From assembly GCA_964459035.1 (NCBI GenBank), contig CAYWLO010000047.1, forward strand, positions 1 to 10,081: 10,081 nucleotides of DNA. Direction: 5' to 3'. Numbering within the stretch: position 1 is the first letter of the stretch; every line of letters starts with the position of its first letter. Positions 1-7,924 of the stretch are shown here, piece by piece. The notes beneath the pieces are model-generated. The model saw nothing but the letters and a program-made list of their open reading frames with translations, was not told the origin of the DNA and did no database searches. The DNA comes from an uncultured Polyangiaceae bacterium. GTDB taxonomy: Bacteria; Myxococcota_A; Polyangia; Polyangiales; Polyangiaceae. The translations under genes and the position numbers were made by a program.

Positions 1-38
1 ATATAAAGTCAACCGACCGCCGCTTCGATGATCAACAC

Positions 39-62
39 GGAGCGGGACATCCCCCCCGCTCC
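39..62. other. GC-rich inverted repeat (GGAGCGGG-N8-CCCGCTCC) able to form an 8-bp stem-loop; function unknown
   Basis: Read directly: 39..46 ggagcggg is the exact reverse complement of 55..62 cccgctcc. It lies in the 264 bp downstream of murI, where I could not support a CDS. No T- or A-tract follows on either strand, so it is not a canonical intrinsic terminator. Confidence 0.3.
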
Positions 63-264
63 TGTACCGCCCTGAAGAAATTCGGGTTGACTAGTGCACG
101 CTGCCGCAACCACGGCTGCTGACAATCCGCCCAATAAAAGAAGAGAGTTCCCACGCATGGTCCCTACCTATTGTGAAGGACTTCCGAAAAGAGTCAAAAA
201 ATCGTGTTCGGTAGCCGTATCGACTCCCCCCAAGGCCGTGCAGATTTGGCCGACAAGATTCCTC

Positions 265-1158
265 TTACTCGACTCTCAAATCAATTTGTTCGACCTCGGG
301 AGTGTGCTCTCCCAAAAATAGGTCCGCCGAACGCTGAAAACCACTTGGTTGATCGGTTACGAGAAGTTTGAGAGGTACGGAGAGAGGGGCTGATGTAGGA
401 GCCAAACTATTGGCATTTTCGTCCAAACCAAAAGTAGGGGCGATGCGCCCCTCACGCAGCATGGCGCAAACCGTTTGCCCTGCGGCCAACGCGCTATCGA
501 CAACTGGTATGGGTCGCCCAGCCAACTCCTTGAGCACCTTCTCTACTACGGGTCGCAAGAGTGGGTAGTGAGTACAGCCTAGAACCACGACGCCAGCCCC
601 TGCTTCAAGCAATTGAGTCGCGTAGCGCTTCACAGCCAACTCCGGCACTTCACCTGTGAGCCAGCCTTCTTCAACCAAGGGCACCAAGAGCGGAGCCGCC
701 TGCCCTACTACCTCAAAGCGAGTGGAAAGCTGTTGTACCTGACGTTGGTAGGCCCCCGAACTAATTGTGCCAGCAGTTCCTAGAACTCCAATTTTTGGCG
801 GTGGTCCCCCAGTGCGATCGGCCTCAAGTTGTGCGGCCTCCACCGCGGCTCGCGCCCCTGGCTCCACAACGCCAATCACGGGCATGTCAAGCTCAGCGCG
901 TAAAATGTCCACGGCGACTGCGCTCACGGTATTGCAAGCTATCACAAGGGCTTTCACCCCTCGCTCGGTCAAGACGCGCGCGCAAGAGCGAGCGTAACGA
1001 ATGACCGTTGAGGCAGAGCGCGTACCATAAGGTACCCGCGCGGTGTCTCCCAAGTAGACAATACTCTCTTGAGGGACCGACTCACGCAGGGCATGCACCA
1101 CGGTTAAACCACCCAAGCCTGAATCAAATACCCCCAGGGGTTGGCGGCTGCTTCTCAT
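265..1158 (-). CDS. murI: glutamate racemase
   Basis: 297-aa ORF with an ATG start. It has the N-terminal GVFDSGLGGLTV motif and both catalytic-cysteine motifs of the Asp/Glu racemase family (VIACNTVS and VLGCTHYPLL). Confidence 0.93.
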   Translation of the reverse strand: MRSSRQPLGVFDSGLGGLTVVHALRESVPQESIVYLGDTARVPYGTRSASTVIRYARSCARVLTERGVKALVIACNTVSAVAVDILRAELDMPVIGVVEPGARAAVEAAQLEADRTGGPPPKIGVLGTAGTISSGAYQRQVQQLSTRFEVVGQAAPLLVPLVEEGWLTGEVPELAVKRYATQLLEAGAGVVVLGCTHYPLLRPVVEKVLKELAGRPIPVVDSALAAGQTVCAMLREGRIAPTFGLDENANSLAPTSAPLSVPLKLLVTDQPSGFQRSADLFLGEHTPEVEQIDLRVE

Positions 1159-1221
1159 GGCTTCACTTGGGTTCTCTTGTCTTCAAGTTGATAGGGGCTC
1201 TTACGCAATGGGTGAAAGCGC

Positions 1222-2550
1222 TTAGATATTCTCAATACGAATGAAGCGCGCTTCACCCGTTTGATGAGAATATGCCTTAAGCTTTTCAAATGCTTGCAAA
1301 AGAGCGCCCTCTTTGCACTCATGAGTGATCATCAACAAAGTAGCCGAGTCATTCTCTTCTTCTTGCACCATTTCACCAATACTCACGCCGCATGCGCCAA
1401 GGGCCCCGGCAATTTCGGCCAGTACACCGGGAGCGTTTTCGACTTCAAAGCGCAAATAGTAGCGATAAGACAGTTCCTCGGCGGGTAGAAGTTTACGCTC
1501 GCCGCATTGAATCGCCCGGGTAGAAAGCCCACGATGACCCTCAATGCGAGAGCAGGCAACATCAGCTAAATCGGCCACTACGCTTACAGCCGTGGGCATG
1601 TCTCCGGCTCCGCGTCCTACGATTACGCAAGGCCCTAGGCCCTTTCCTTGGATATAGACGCAATTGAGTACACCGTCGATATTGGCCAAAACGCTACTTT
1701 TGGGCACCAAGGCAGGATGACTATGCAGAGAGAGACTTTCGCCAAACTCGCGCGCAACAACCAGGTGTTTAATTGTAAAGCCAAAGCGCTCGGCCGCTGC
1801 AAAATCGACCGTGTCGATCTTTGTGATACCCTCAACAGGTGTATCGTCGGCACCAAAATTGGAGCCAAAGGCTAACATGCTGCAAATAATTAGTTTTTGC
1901 GCCGCATCGTTTCCTTGAATATCTAACGCGGGGTCAGCCTCGGCATAGCCAAGTTCCTGCGCCTCTTTGAGGGCCTCATCAAAACCCAAACCCGCGTTTT
2001 TCATCCGTGTGAGAATATAGTTACAGGTTCCATTCATGATACCATGAATAGAAAGAATAGAATCGCCTGTAAGGGACTCCCGTAGGGTGCGAATTACGGG
2101 AATGCCGCCGCCCACTGACGCCTCAAAAGCCAAATCGACTTCTTTACCGGCAGCGCGCGCTAAGAGATCAGGACCGTGGGTGGCCATCAAAAATTTATTG
2201 GCGGTGACGACCGTGAGCCCATTGTCAATCGCTCGCTCAATGTAGGACTTGGCCGGCTCTTGCCCACCCATGAGCTCTAGGACACAATCAACCGTTTCGT
2301 CAGAAAATATATCTTCAGGATCGGTCGTTAACCACTCGGGCTTGCACTCGGGCACGCGGGACTTGTCTTTGTCCCGAACCAGCACGTGGGCAACCTCAAT
2401 GGGAGCACCCACTTTTTGGGCCAGTGAAGTCGCGTTCTCGGCCAGAAGCCGTAGGACCCCTCCTCCGACAGTTCCGCACCCCAAAAGGGCCACGCGCACA
2501 GGCTTCTTCAAATTGGACGAGCCCTTGGGGGCAACATTTATCGTACTCAC
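1222..2550 (-). CDS. hom: homoserine dehydrogenase with C-terminal ACT-like regulatory domain
   Basis: 442-aa ORF. It has an N-terminal Rossmann motif (LLGCGTVGGGV), catalytic-domain motifs (VVTANK, ASVGGGIPVI, NGTCNYIL, YAEADPALDIQGNDAAQKL) and a C-terminal ACT-like segment (YYLRFEVENAPGVLAEIAGAL). The GTG start at 2550 lies 11 nt downstream of the stop of the preceding ORF. Confidence 0.92.
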   Translation of the reverse strand: MSTINVAPKGSSNLKKPVRVALLGCGTVGGGVLRLLAENATSLAQKVGAPIEVAHVLVRDKDKSRVPECKPEWLTTDPEDIFSDETVDCVLELMGGQEPAKSYIERAIDNGLTVVTANKFLMATHGPDLLARAAGKEVDLAFEASVGGGIPVIRTLRESLTGDSILSIHGIMNGTCNYILTRMKNAGLGFDEALKEAQELGYAEADPALDIQGNDAAQKLIICSMLAFGSNFGADDTPVEGITKIDTVDFAAAERFGFTIKHLVVAREFGESLSLHSHPALVPKSSVLANIDGVLNCVYIQGKGLGPCVIVGRGAGDMPTAVSVVADLADVACSRIEGHRGLSTRAIQCGERKLLPAEELSYRYYLRFEVENAPGVLAEIAGALGACGVSIGEMVQEEENDSATLLMITHECKEGALLQAFEKLKAYSHQTGEARFIRIENI

Positions 2551-2561
2551 TTACAAAGTCT

Positions 2562-4319
2562 CTAGCGTGACGCGCCTTCTAGCTCAACCGAAACAGGCTC
2601 GGGCGCTTTTAGGGGAACTCCTGGGTGTTTTAGGGCCTGGGCGTGAGCTCTGCGCAGAGTTTCGCGGCGCACACGCATTCTGGCGACTATTTTACGCTGG
2701 GGTGCGTTTTGCATTTCCCCCTCCCAGCTGCGTGCCTGGGGTGGCCCGGCGTTGGCGAGTACCACCGTGGGCACGCCGGTTATCGGATCTTTTTGATCGA
2801 TCAAAAACGAGTGATAGTGAAACTTTTCGTCGTCGCGCAGGCCATAGATGAATACGATATCCCCTCGTCGATAGCGGGCTTCATCCCGAGCCAAAGCCTC
2901 AAAAAATCGTTTACGGTATCGAAACTTTACTTGTTGCTCTTTGGGTATGCGATCCATATCAAACCAATCGGGATAGAGATCGGCAAAAGAAGCGAGACTC
3001 TCTATGCTGCGAGGGTTTTCGATGCCAAGACTTGAAAAATGCAGGGCCCCTTTGCGACGCATTCTTTTCTCACCTCGCACAGGCCAGCCCCCGCCTGTTC
3101 CCCAATCGAATGCGTCTGTAATAAAATCTATACAAACCTGGGGCAACCGTGGACGGCCATACCCATCAAAGACATAATAATTATCGCCATTGAATTCGTA
3201 GGTCGATTGATAACGACGATACGCTTTGCGAAATTGAATACGCAGGAGCCCGTCTTGCTGTCCTTCTTCAGTCTTGGGTTCGTCAAAGGGCAAGCGCCGA
3301 GCAATCATTTGGTGGGCAGCCGTCAAAATGGGTTCAATCAACCGCTGATCTTCAAGCCAAAGAGCCCTGGCCTTTGCCAACTTCTTGTGTTGGCTTCCTT
3401 GAACGAATTCACATTCTACACCAAGCGCTCCCTCCTTCATGGCGACGAGCGCACGGGACTTCACTCCATAAGTTTGCAGAGATAGTTCCATTCTATCTTG
3501 AGTCATGGCCACCACCTGCGCTCTGGAAAATCCAAGAGAGTTCTGCAATCGACGTAAATCAATATGCAGCCCCTGTTTGAATTCACCATCAATTGCCCGA
3601 ACCCGATCGAATAAGAGTAGACTGGCCAAGCGCCCGTTGTGCTTTCTCTTCAATTTTTTCAGACTTTCATCTGCCGGAAGCCAGTAGCGCCCGTCAATGC
3701 GCTTGAGTCGCAATATTTTGTTTCCCCGCTCAATGATGAGTTCTTTCTCTTTAGAAAAGAGATGGTCCAAACGTAAAATTTGAGACAAGCGCAAAGCAAG
3801 AAGGGGTTTGTCCGCGTAAAGGTATTGCTCTGATAGAAAGACTTGCCTTCTTGCAGGGTAATTTCCACGGGTTTTACGCAAAATTTCCAAGATAACTGAT
3901 GCAGGGTCACGGGCATCGCGCAATTGTCTCCGCAATTTTTTTCTGAGGAGCGATAAATCGTTGGCAGCCCGGGGAGCACGACGAAAAACCACGGGCACCG
4001 ATCGTGACTGAGCTAATATTTGTGCTCTGTTTTTGTCCAGGGAGGGAGTTCCTGGTTGGAGCGCCTGTTTGCCCAATTTCTCAAGGCTTTTTAGACAGCT
4101 ATTCTGAACTAGCTCAGCTTTTTGAGAAGGGGCAGATGCCCCCAAAGGCAGGGAGCGCTCATCGTTCTTGAATTCAATGGGAAGCGGCTGAGAGGCCCCT
4201 TGCTTCAAAGCACCGGTTTCAAGTTTCTCGTCGCAAGCGTTGCATAGACCTAAGGCCACAAGGCTGAAGGAGACAAAAACTCGTACTAGGATTTTTTCCA
4301 CTGGGTAGGTGGATAGCAA
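2562..4319 (-). CDS. hypothetical exported protein (possible lipoprotein) with a C-terminal putative papain-fold (NlpC/P60-CHAP-like) Cys/His domain
   Basis: This is a long uninterrupted 585-codon ORF, co-directional with lon and hom and tightly packed against hom. The N-terminus looks like a signal peptide (EKILVRVFVSFSLVALGLCNAC), and a basic/Leu-rich helical-looking middle region follows. The aromatic-rich C-terminal part contains PQVCIDFITDAF (Cys396, codon 3132..3134) and RRGDIVFIYGLRDDEKFHYHSFLIDQKD (His501/His503, codons 2817..2819 and 2811..2813). The start is ambiguous between TTG at 4319 and in-frame GTG at 4301. The functional assignment is inference from motif resemblance only. 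Confidence 0.72.
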   Translation of the reverse strand: MLSTYPVEKILVRVFVSFSLVALGLCNACDEKLETGALKQGASQPLPIEFKNDERSLPLGASAPSQKAELVQNSCLKSLEKLGKQALQPGTPSLDKNRAQILAQSRSVPVVFRRAPRAANDLSLLRKKLRRQLRDARDPASVILEILRKTRGNYPARRQVFLSEQYLYADKPLLALRLSQILRLDHLFSKEKELIIERGNKILRLKRIDGRYWLPADESLKKLKRKHNGRLASLLLFDRVRAIDGEFKQGLHIDLRRLQNSLGFSRAQVVAMTQDRMELSLQTYGVKSRALVAMKEGALGVECEFVQGSQHKKLAKARALWLEDQRLIEPILTAAHQMIARRLPFDEPKTEEGQQDGLLRIQFRKAYRRYQSTYEFNGDNYYVFDGYGRPRLPQVCIDFITDAFDWGTGGGWPVRGEKRMRRKGALHFSSLGIENPRSIESLASFADLYPDWFDMDRIPKEQQVKFRYRKRFFEALARDEARYRRGDIVFIYGLRDDEKFHYHSFLIDQKDPITGVPTVVLANAGPPQARSWEGEMQNAPQRKIVARMRVRRETLRRAHAQALKHPGVPLKAPEPVSVELEGASR

Positions 4320-4348
4320 AAAATAAGGACACCGCAGATGCGATGCCC
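4318..4348 (-). terminator. candidate intrinsic terminator downstream of lon
   Basis: The minus strand reads GGGCATC-GCATCTGC-GGTGTCC followed by TTATTTTTT. This gives a 7-bp stem that includes two G-U wobble pairs, an 8-nt loop and a U-rich tract. The hairpin starts 43 nt after the lon stop codon. The stem is weak, so termination may be partial. Confidence 0.3.
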
Positions 4349-4391
4349 TCTTTTTTGTTCTTTCAACGTCTCCCGTTGAAGCGAATTGAGA

Positions 4392-6833
4392 TCAGTTGGG
4401 TTTAACTGGTCGTTTTAATTCGCGCTTAGCCATTTCGTCGAGATAGCTCTGGGAGGGTTGGGGCATTTCTTCCAAAGCAGCCTCGAGAGCGTCTTCGACC
4501 TTTTTAGCAAAAACGAACTCAAGCTCATCGCGAATTTCTTTAGGAACTTCCTCAAGATCGGCGCGATTTCTTTCGGGAACGATGACCCGCTTAATGCCCG
4601 CACGGTGAGCCGCCAGAGTTTTTTCTTTTAAGCCGCCAATGGGCAATACGCGACCACGCAGAGATATCTCTCCGGTCATAGCAACGTCGTGACGCACACG
4701 AATACCGCTCAAAAGTGAAACGATGGCCGTAAACATGGCCACGCCTGCGCTAGGCCCGTCCTTAGGCATGGCTCCAGCTGGAATGTGAATGTGCAAATCG
4801 CTCTTTTCGAGGAAATTTGCAGCAATACCAAATCGCTCAGCATTGGTACGTACATATGAAAGAGCCGCATGAGCACTTTCTTTCATCACATCACCCAGCT
4901 GCCCGGTCAGTTGCAATTTACCAGAACCAAACATGCGCGTCACTTCAATAAAGAGGATCTCCCCACCTACGCTTGTCCAAGCAAGGCCAGTGACGACTCC
5001 CGTTTCCTCGGTTCGTTCGGCCATTTCACTGATGAATTTAACGGGCCCTAAGAACTCCCGTAAATCATCTTCCGATTTGACGATATGGTTGGAAGTATCA
5101 CCCTCGGCAACCTTCACAGCCACACCACGAATAACGCTTGCGATAGTGCGTTCCAAAGAGCGCACACCAGCTTCGCGAGTGTAGTGTTCAATAATTTCTT
5201 CGACGGCTTCGTCGGTAATTACCAAACGCTCCTCGGTTAAACCGTGTTCTTCGAGCTGCTTACGAATCAAGTGCTCTTTGGCAATCGCCAATTTCTCGCG
5301 ACGAGTGTAACCAGGAATTTCTAATATTTCCATACGATCGCGCAAAGGCGGCGGTATGGGATCAGCCACATTTGCAGTGGCCACAAACATCACATTGGAC
5401 AAATCATAAGGAATTTCGAGATAATGATCTGCAAATGTATTGTTTTGCTCGGGGTCAAGGACCTCAAGAAGCGCAGCACTTGGATCGCCACGAAAGTCGT
5501 GGCCAACCTTATCAATCTCATCCATCATGAAGACAGGATTTACGGTTCCTGCTTTCTTCATTCCCTGAATCAATTGACCGGGCAAAGCTCCTACGTAGGT
5601 GCGCCTGTGTCCGCGAATAGCGGCTTCGTCGTGCACTCCACCTAAGGAGATTCGATGAAATTTACGCCCCAAGGACTTGGCAATACTGCGTCCCAGGGAG
5701 GTTTTGCCTACGCCAGGAGGACCCACCAGACAAAGAATGGGACCCTTTTTGTCTTTCTTTAACTTACGAACAGCAAGGTATTCGACAATTCTCTTTTTGA
5801 CCTTGTCGAGACCATAATGATCTTCGTCAAGCACCTTTCGTACTTCGAGAATTTCAAGATTGTCGGCCGTCGACTCGCTCCATGGGATATCGACTAACCA
5901 ATCGAGGTAGGTGCGAACAACTGTGTACTCGGCACTCCCTACCTGCATGCTGCGCAATCGCTTCAATTGCTTTTTTGCGACTTCTCCGGCTTCTTTCGGA
6001 AAATCGATTTTTGCCAAGCGCTCCTCTAAACCATCGAGATCGCCCTGATCCCCATCGTCTTCGCCGAGCTCTTCTTTGATAGCCTTGAGCTGCTGACGCA
6101 GAACATACTCTCGTTGATTTTTGCCCATCTCCTCTTTAATTTGAGAATTGATGCGCTCGCGCATTTTGAGAATTTCGAGTTGGCGGGTCAACAAGCGCAG
6201 GACTTTTCGAATCCTCTCTTTTGCCTCGACCGTTTCGATCAATTGAGCCTTCTCGTCGACAGGCGCGTCCAAATTGGCAGCGACCAAGTCAGCCAAGGCC
6301 CCTGGGGCTTGAATCGAATCAATCAAGCTTCCAGCTTCGCGCGGCAGCTCAGGCATCAACTGAATGACTTGCTTAGCCACATCACGCAGGCTCATCGCAA
6401 GCGCCTCTGCCTCAACGTCCTCGACGGGAGGTGTCGGCATACGTGTCACCTTGGCGCGTAAGAAAGGCTCACTAGAAGTGACCTCGCCCATTCGAATACG
6501 AGTCAGCCCCTGGAGGATAAGAGAGTAATTGCCGGAACTATGTTTCAGCGCCTTGAGCACACGCGCCGCGCAGCCCATGGGATAAAGATCTTCGCTGGTA
6601 GGATCGTCTGTGGAGGGATCTTTCTGCGCGAAGATTGCGATGACCGGACCCTCCAAGTTGTGGATGTCCTCAACAAGCGCAACCGATTTTTCGCGGCCCA
6701 CGTCAAAGGGAGCTACCGCACCCGGAAAAAGCACCGCATTTCGTATTGGAAGAACTGGCAGTTCATCCCCGAAGTCGATTTCGTCTTCGTCAAGGGGTGG
6801 AGGCGGAACGGAGGATGGTTCTTGGTCGCTCAT
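4392..6833 (-). CDS. lon: ATP-dependent Lon protease (LonA type)
   Basis: 813-aa ORF with an ATG start. It has an N-terminal LON domain (LPVLPIRNAVLFPG), AAA+ Walker A (GPPGVGKTS) and Walker B (FMMDEIDK) motifs, the proteolytic Ser motif PKDGPSAGVAM and the catalytic Lys context GGLKEKTLAAHRAGI. Confidence 0.97.
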   Translation of the reverse strand: MSDQEPSSVPPPPLDEDEIDFGDELPVLPIRNAVLFPGAVAPFDVGREKSVALVEDIHNLEGPVIAIFAQKDPSTDDPTSEDLYPMGCAARVLKALKHSSGNYSLILQGLTRIRMGEVTSSEPFLRAKVTRMPTPPVEDVEAEALAMSLRDVAKQVIQLMPELPREAGSLIDSIQAPGALADLVAANLDAPVDEKAQLIETVEAKERIRKVLRLLTRQLEILKMRERINSQIKEEMGKNQREYVLRQQLKAIKEELGEDDGDQGDLDGLEERLAKIDFPKEAGEVAKKQLKRLRSMQVGSAEYTVVRTYLDWLVDIPWSESTADNLEILEVRKVLDEDHYGLDKVKKRIVEYLAVRKLKKDKKGPILCLVGPPGVGKTSLGRSIAKSLGRKFHRISLGGVHDEAAIRGHRRTYVGALPGQLIQGMKKAGTVNPVFMMDEIDKVGHDFRGDPSAALLEVLDPEQNNTFADHYLEIPYDLSNVMFVATANVADPIPPPLRDRMEILEIPGYTRREKLAIAKEHLIRKQLEEHGLTEERLVITDEAVEEIIEHYTREAGVRSLERTIASVIRGVAVKVAEGDTSNHIVKSEDDLREFLGPVKFISEMAERTEETGVVTGLAWTSVGGEILFIEVTRMFGSGKLQLTGQLGDVMKESAHAALSYVRTNAERFGIAANFLEKSDLHIHIPAGAMPKDGPSAGVAMFTAIVSLLSGIRVRHDVAMTGEISLRGRVLPIGGLKEKTLAAHRAGIKRVIVPERNRADLEEVPKEIRDELEFVFAKKVEDALEAALEEMPQPSQSYLDEMAKRELKRPVKPN

Positions 6834-6941
6834 GATAATCTTTAGAATTCAGCCAATTGGTTTTGTAGCCCCGGGGGCCAGTCGTCAAGCTAACCACTCT
6901 TTGCCCAGGAACAACCGTAGCGGACAAGAAACGATGAGGGT

Positions 6942-6948
6942 AAGGAGG
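6942..6948 (+). promoter_or_regulatory. Shine-Dalgarno sequence AAGGAGG for fmt
   Basis: A perfect AAGGAGG lies 5 nt upstream of the GTG at 6954, which opens the Fmt-like N-terminus MRVIFCGTPEIAVPAL. Confidence 0.65.
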
Positions 6949-6953
6949 AGCAA

Positions 6954-7904
6954 GTGAGGGTAATATTTTGTGGAACGCCAGAAATCGCAGTGCCAGCGCT
7001 CAATGCAGCTGCTGAAATAAGTGAAATTGTAGGTGTCGTCTGCCAACCGGACCGTCCCGCCGGCAGGGGTATGAAATTGCGCGCCCCGGCGGTAAAAGTA
7101 CGAGCTGCCGAATTGGGAATTGAAGCTTACCAGCCCACCAAAGTTCGCGATGGCTCCCTCGCCGCCTGGATGCGGGAGCTCACCGCAGATGTCGCACTGG
7201 TCATTGCCTACGGTCGAATTTTAGACGCTGAGACTCTAGCCGCACCCCGTCTTGGATGCGTGAATCTGCACGCCTCCCTCCTCCCCGAATTCCGTGGAGC
7301 CGCCCCCATTCAGCGGGTAATTATGAGCGGAAAAACCGAAACCGGTGTTTGTTTGATGAAGATGGATGAGGGTATGGATACGGGGGACCTTTTAGCTTGC
7401 CATCGACTTTCCATACTCCCCAGCGATACGACTGGAACTCTTTCTCACAAGATAGGGGAGCTCGCGGCCACTGTAACTCGAGAAGAATTAGCGCGTTACG
7501 TCCAGGGCCAGCTTTGTGCTCAAGAGCAAAATCACAAGAAGGCTACCCATGCCCCGCCTATCACCCGTGAGGACACACCCTTGGACTTCAGGCGTGGTGG
7601 AACAGACTTAATGAACCAGATTCGAGGCCTCGCACCTCGCCCTGGAGCAACCGCACAAATTGAACGAACCGACACCCCCACTCGGCGTTTAAAGATTTTG
7701 CAGGTTGAATTGGCCCCCTCCAATGCAAACGCACCTCACAGACTGTCTCCAGGGGAAGTAAGCGTTGCAGACGGAATTCTCTTGGTCGGAACTGGTAGCG
7801 CTCCCTTAAGAATTCTCTCGGCTCAGTTGGAAGGAAAAAAAGTGCAACCGGCCGCAGATATTCTCAATGGACGAGGACTATTGGGCGGAGATGTCCTAAA
7901 GTAA
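6954..7904 (+). CDS. fmt: methionyl-tRNA formyltransferase
   Basis: 316-aa ORF. It has the N-terminus MRVIFCGTPEIAVPAL, the formyltransferase motif HASLLPEFRGAAPIQ and a length consistent with the two-domain Fmt architecture. The GTG start has a strong SD, and the TAA stop is at 7902..7904. Confidence 0.93.
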   Translation: MRVIFCGTPEIAVPALNAAAEISEIVGVVCQPDRPAGRGMKLRAPAVKVRAAELGIEAYQPTKVRDGSLAAWMRELTADVALVIAYGRILDAETLAAPRLGCVNLHASLLPEFRGAAPIQRVIMSGKTETGVCLMKMDEGMDTGDLLACHRLSILPSDTTGTLSHKIGELAATVTREELARYVQGQLCAQEQNHKKATHAPPITREDTPLDFRRGGTDLMNQIRGLAPRPGATAQIERTDTPTRRLKILQVELAPSNANAPHRLSPGEVSVADGILLVGTGSAPLRILSAQLEGKKVQPAADILNGRGLLGGDVLK

Positions 7905-7914
7905 CGAAGAACTT

Positions 7915-7924
7915 GGAAATTTCC
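7915..7924. repeat. perfect 10-bp palindrome GGAAATTTCC between fmt and the Hsp70-like gene; possible protein-binding site, function unknown
   Basis: Read directly: ggaaatttcc equals its own reverse complement. It sits 11 nt after the fmt stop and about 105 nt upstream of the Hsp70-like ATG. There is no loop, so a hairpin terminator is unlikely. Confidence 0.25.

Noticed and set aside
94-321. 75-aa plus-strand ORF with a GTG start at the left end of the window
   Set aside because: It has no Shine-Dalgarno sequence. It overlaps the 3' end of murI by 57 nt on the opposite strand. Its composition is unremarkable and motif-free, so it cannot be supported from sequence alone.
2249-2851. 200-aa plus-strand ORF
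   Set aside because: It runs antisense across the junction of two well-supported minus-strand genes (hom and the 585-aa ORF). It has an Arg/Ser/Pro-rich shadow composition and no RBS.
4362-4380. Perfect 7-bp inverted repeat TTCAACG-N5-CGTTGAA, 12 nt downstream of the lon stop
   Set aside because: The stem is AT-rich and is followed on the minus strand by an A-run rather than a U-tract, so it is not a canonical terminator. I kept the next hairpin (4327..4348) plus its U-tract as the weak terminator candidate instead.
6114-6957. Plus-strand ORFs 6114..6461, 6540..6845 and 6610..6957, together with others inside the lon coordinates (4869..5051, 4933..5184, 5424..5645, 5882..6079)
   Set aside because: They are antisense to Lon, whose identity is certain. 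None has recognisable motifs. The 6610..6957 ORF merely reads through the intergenic spacer.
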